Of a stretch of 64,000 nt of DNA, positions 61,122 through 64,000 are shown one piece after another. Every line of letters begins with the position of its first letter. Positions within the stretch are counted from its first letter, which is position 1. Origin of the DNA: Hypanus sabinus (lineage: Eukaryota). The notes beneath the pieces are model-generated. The model was not told where the DNA came from and searched no databases. It saw only the letters and a program-made list of their open reading frames with translations. The stretch is taken from NCBI RefSeq assembly GCF_030144855.1, contig NC_082714.1, forward strand, positions 43,090,001 through 43,154,000, written 5' to 3'. The translations under genes and the position numbers were made by a program.

Positions 61122-61946
61122 AGTTTAACAGTGCACAGACTTTTATGTATATTTTTTATCTTCTCTTCTTAAGTGAATATGTTTTTTTTCTAATTATCCA
61201 TTGTCATCCATCAGCTTTTTTCTTTGGCTGTTGGTAGGGGTTGACTTTGATTATATATAAAAAAATTTCTTTTATGATGTATGACTTATCTTTAAATTTT
61301 TGATTACAGAGTGGTATACCTTTATGTGTTATGCTATAACATTTTGATCAATTTTATTACAATATATGAATGTACACAAGTTATGTTGAGATGTATCTTT
61401 GTGTTGCACTCTGTAAATCTTTTTTTTCTTCTGAATAAAAATATTGTAAAAAGAAAGAAAGAAGGAAAGGTTTTATGATTTTTAAGGAATATACATTCCC
61501 TTGAGAAATAAACGCTCCACAGGGCATATGATTCCAATTGGCTAGCTAAAAACGGTTTAGGTGGCATGAGAGCTAGGAAAATACAATCAAAAGCGTAGAA
61601 GTAAGCCCGGGGGGCATGCAAGTATTAGAAACCTACAAAGATGATCAATGAAAATTGAAGAGCTGACAAAAAAATGAAAGAAAATCTCTGAGTTTGAAAA
61701 GGAAGAATATAAGAAATAAACAATATGAGACAAGGGTATTTTTATGGGAATAAGGAAGTTACAGAGAATTTAACAAATGCCAGTGATAGGTATTGCACAG
61801 GAAATAGACATTCGGGATCGACAGGTTACTTTCGACCTGTGATTAATGGAATGCCTGAATGATCAGTGCTAGAACCGTAGTCATTTTCAATTACATAAAT
61901 GACTAAAGATTCTATGTTTGCCAACAAAACAACAATAAATGGCAAA

Positions 61947-62006
61947 GTCCACAGACCCCTTGGTTAATTATAGGGGTCCATGGCATAAAAAGGTTGGGAA
62001 CCCCTG
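61947..62006 (+). mobile_element. Tiny hAT-type MITE copy, 5'-truncated
   Basis: gtccacagaccccttggttaattataggggtccatggcataaaaaggttgggaacccctg matches the 23248 family. Confidence 0.7.
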
Positions 62007-62083
62007 TTTTAGAGTCTTAAGTAATGGAGGAAACAAATAGAGGAATAGACTGTCTTAAAGGCAATAAAGAACCAGGATTCATA

Positions 62084-62647
62084 CACATAGTGGCCACTTT
62101 ATTAGGGAGAAGATGTACCTAATAAAGTAGCCACTGAGTGTACTTAGACATGTTCTTGGCCTTCTACAGCTGTAGCCCATGCACTTTAAAATGTTTTAAC
62201 ATGTTTTGCATTCAGGGTTGCTCTTCTGCACACCACTGTTGTAATGCATGAATTACTGCCAGCTTGAACCAGTCTGGTTATTCTCCTCTGACCTCTCTCA
62301 TTAACAAGACATTTTTGCCCATAGAAATGCTACTCCCTAGACTTTTTTGTTTGTTTTTAATGCCATTCTCTGCAAACCCCAGAGACTGTTGTGTGTGTGA
62401 GAATCTGAGGAGATCAGCAGGATCTGAGATACTCTATCCAGTACACCTGGCACCAACACAATCATTCCACGGTCAAAGTCACTTAGATCACTTCTTTCCC
62501 ATTCTGATGTTTGGTCTGAATAACAATTGAGCAGCTTGACTACATCTACATGCTTTTATGCATTGAGTTGCTGCCACATGATTGGCAGATTAGATTTTGC
62601 AGTAATGAGAATGTGTACAGTTGTACCTGATAAGTGGCCACGAAGTG
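62084..62647 (-). mobile_element. Non-autonomous Tc1-like element
   Basis: TA|cacatagtggccactttattagg ... cctgataagtggccacgaagtg|TA TIRs; extra internal TIR at 62118-62140. Confidence 0.8.
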
Positions 62648-62859
62648 TAGAATGCAGGTGATCGGTAGAACTAAGAATGGCTTGCCATAGAAATTTTACA
62701 CAGCTATTAAATTATTGGACATTGGCAAATGTGTTGCCTCGGAATAAAATGAATTTCACAAAGCCTTTGAAAGAAGCATGGTTTCAACTTCACCAATATC
62801 TGCACGAATGTTGACCATGTATAATCACAATACTATGAGGAGATATTTACTCTTTATAA

Positions 62860-62970
62860 ATGAACACAAGAGATTTTGCAGAGGCTGGAAATCTTAAGCA
62901 ACACACAAAAATGCAAGAGGAACGAAGCAATTCAGGCAGTGTCAATAGAGGAGAATAAATAGTCCGCTCA
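62860..62970 (-). mobile_element. Penelope-like 3' tail fragment
   Basis: cacaagagattttgcagaggctggaaatc...acacacaaaaatgc is the reverse complement of the tail module near 1000-1050. Confidence 0.55.
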
Positions 62971-64000
62971 AGGCTGTACAGATCTGTTTAAAGTTCAAAG
63001 TAAATTTAATACCAAAGTATATGTCACCCTGAGATTCTGGCCGTGTTCGTATGAAGGCTGCTTGCCTTGCTGAGTTCTTGCAGTTGTGTGTGTTGTTCAT
63101 AAAGTGAAAAAGGTGTGTGAAATGTTCTACAGAGCAACTGGACTAAGAATCGCAGCAAAATTTTAATATTAAGTGTCTGATAAATGTTTTGTTTCAGGTC
63201 GGGCAAATGATTTGCATCCCACTTAATTTACAATTGAATTTAATATACCATTGAATAGCAGAATGAACACTGACAAATCAAATGTGTCTTTAACACTGTA
63301 GATTCCTGTGATGCATGCAATATAGGTCCACAATCCCTTATCCGAAATCCTTGGGGCCAGTTGTATTTCGGAATCCAGAATTTTTACCTACAGACATTTT
63401 GCTGTGGATCCATGGCTACAAATACCTGCTCTAACCCTGGCCAAGCTAATGTGTTATTTATCTGGCATTCTGAAAATCAAAAATCTGAAGATGCCGTGAA
63501 TCTAAAATGGGGACGAGGAGTAGCTTTTGATTGTATTACAATAATTTAAATAACCAACGTGTGTGTAGAAGAGTTGTTTTCTTTTCCAAGCTAAGTCAAA
63601 CAAGTTCCTTCAGGCAATAAATGAAGCGTATTCACACATAACACATACTTATATAAGTTTATTAAAACTTTAAAATATAATATATATGGTAAATTTAACA
63701 TATTTATAAAGAAAGTATACAATGGAACAAAGGAACCAAGAATACGTAAACACAGAGGACAGAATAAGCAAAACAAAATATTTATCCTCCATGGTAACAT
63801 GTCTTAATATAAGTAGGTGATAGATAATAAAACATATGTTTTCCATTATGGAAAATACAATACTGTACATTCAAATTTTAATTCAACAATTGTCTAACGA
63901 CTGTATTCAGATAGCACTACTGATTTTCCTTTCAATAGGTGATAATGTAGTGTTCTTGCACTCTTTAAATTGTCCACAGTTGTTTGTTCATATGCCTACT

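Larger units (their letters stand above)
55727..61461 (+). mobile_element. Full-length L1-clade LINE (L1b), about 5.7 kb, different family from L1a
   Basis: GGGGACTTCCAGTGG 5' end, ORF1, spacer, ORF2, AATAAA and a (GAAA)n tail. TSD AAGGAAAG(G)TTTT at 55715-55726 and 61462-61474 (one indel). Confidence 0.93.

Noticed and set aside
1-64000. CRISPR arrays, rRNA genes, prokaryote-like operons or endogenous viral ORFs
   Set aside because: No regularly spaced repeat-spacer arrays or rRNA-like sequence. All long ORFs are explained by TBL3 or retrotransposons.

Overview
Eukaryotic, AT-rich vertebrate genomic DNA. The repeat mix (abundant CR1, V-SINE/HE1-like SINEs, Penelope, Rex1/Babar, R4-clade, fish-type L1, Tc1/pogo, Gypsy-type solo LTRs) suggests a cartilaginous fish, probably a ray (inference). 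The only clearly functional gene is the 3' part of TBL3 (UTP13 orthologue; WD40 protein of the SSU-processome UTP-B module) on the + strand. I reconstructed 13 GT-AG exons from 1 to 49919 with consistent phases (1740 nt, 579 aa plus stop). The last exon adds an acidic then Lys-rich tail of about 120 aa that human TBL3 lacks as I recall it. Introns and downstream DNA are mostly transposons, many nested and with resolvable target-site duplications (TSDs). They include two full-length L1s of different families (2879-8977 minus; 55727-61461 plus), three solo LTRs and a decayed R4-clade element. Best leads: a GC-rich motif ending in a G-quadruplex shared by the inter-ORF spacers of both L1s; a 171-bp near-perfect intronic palindrome; a pogo > LTR > inverted mini-LTR nest; inverted LTR ends flanking a symmetric TBL3 exon; the TBL3 tail exon; and a speculative decayed antisense gene inside TBL3 introns. 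I found no convincing new multi-gene system. All alignments were done by eye, and repeat boundaries without a stated TSD are approximate.
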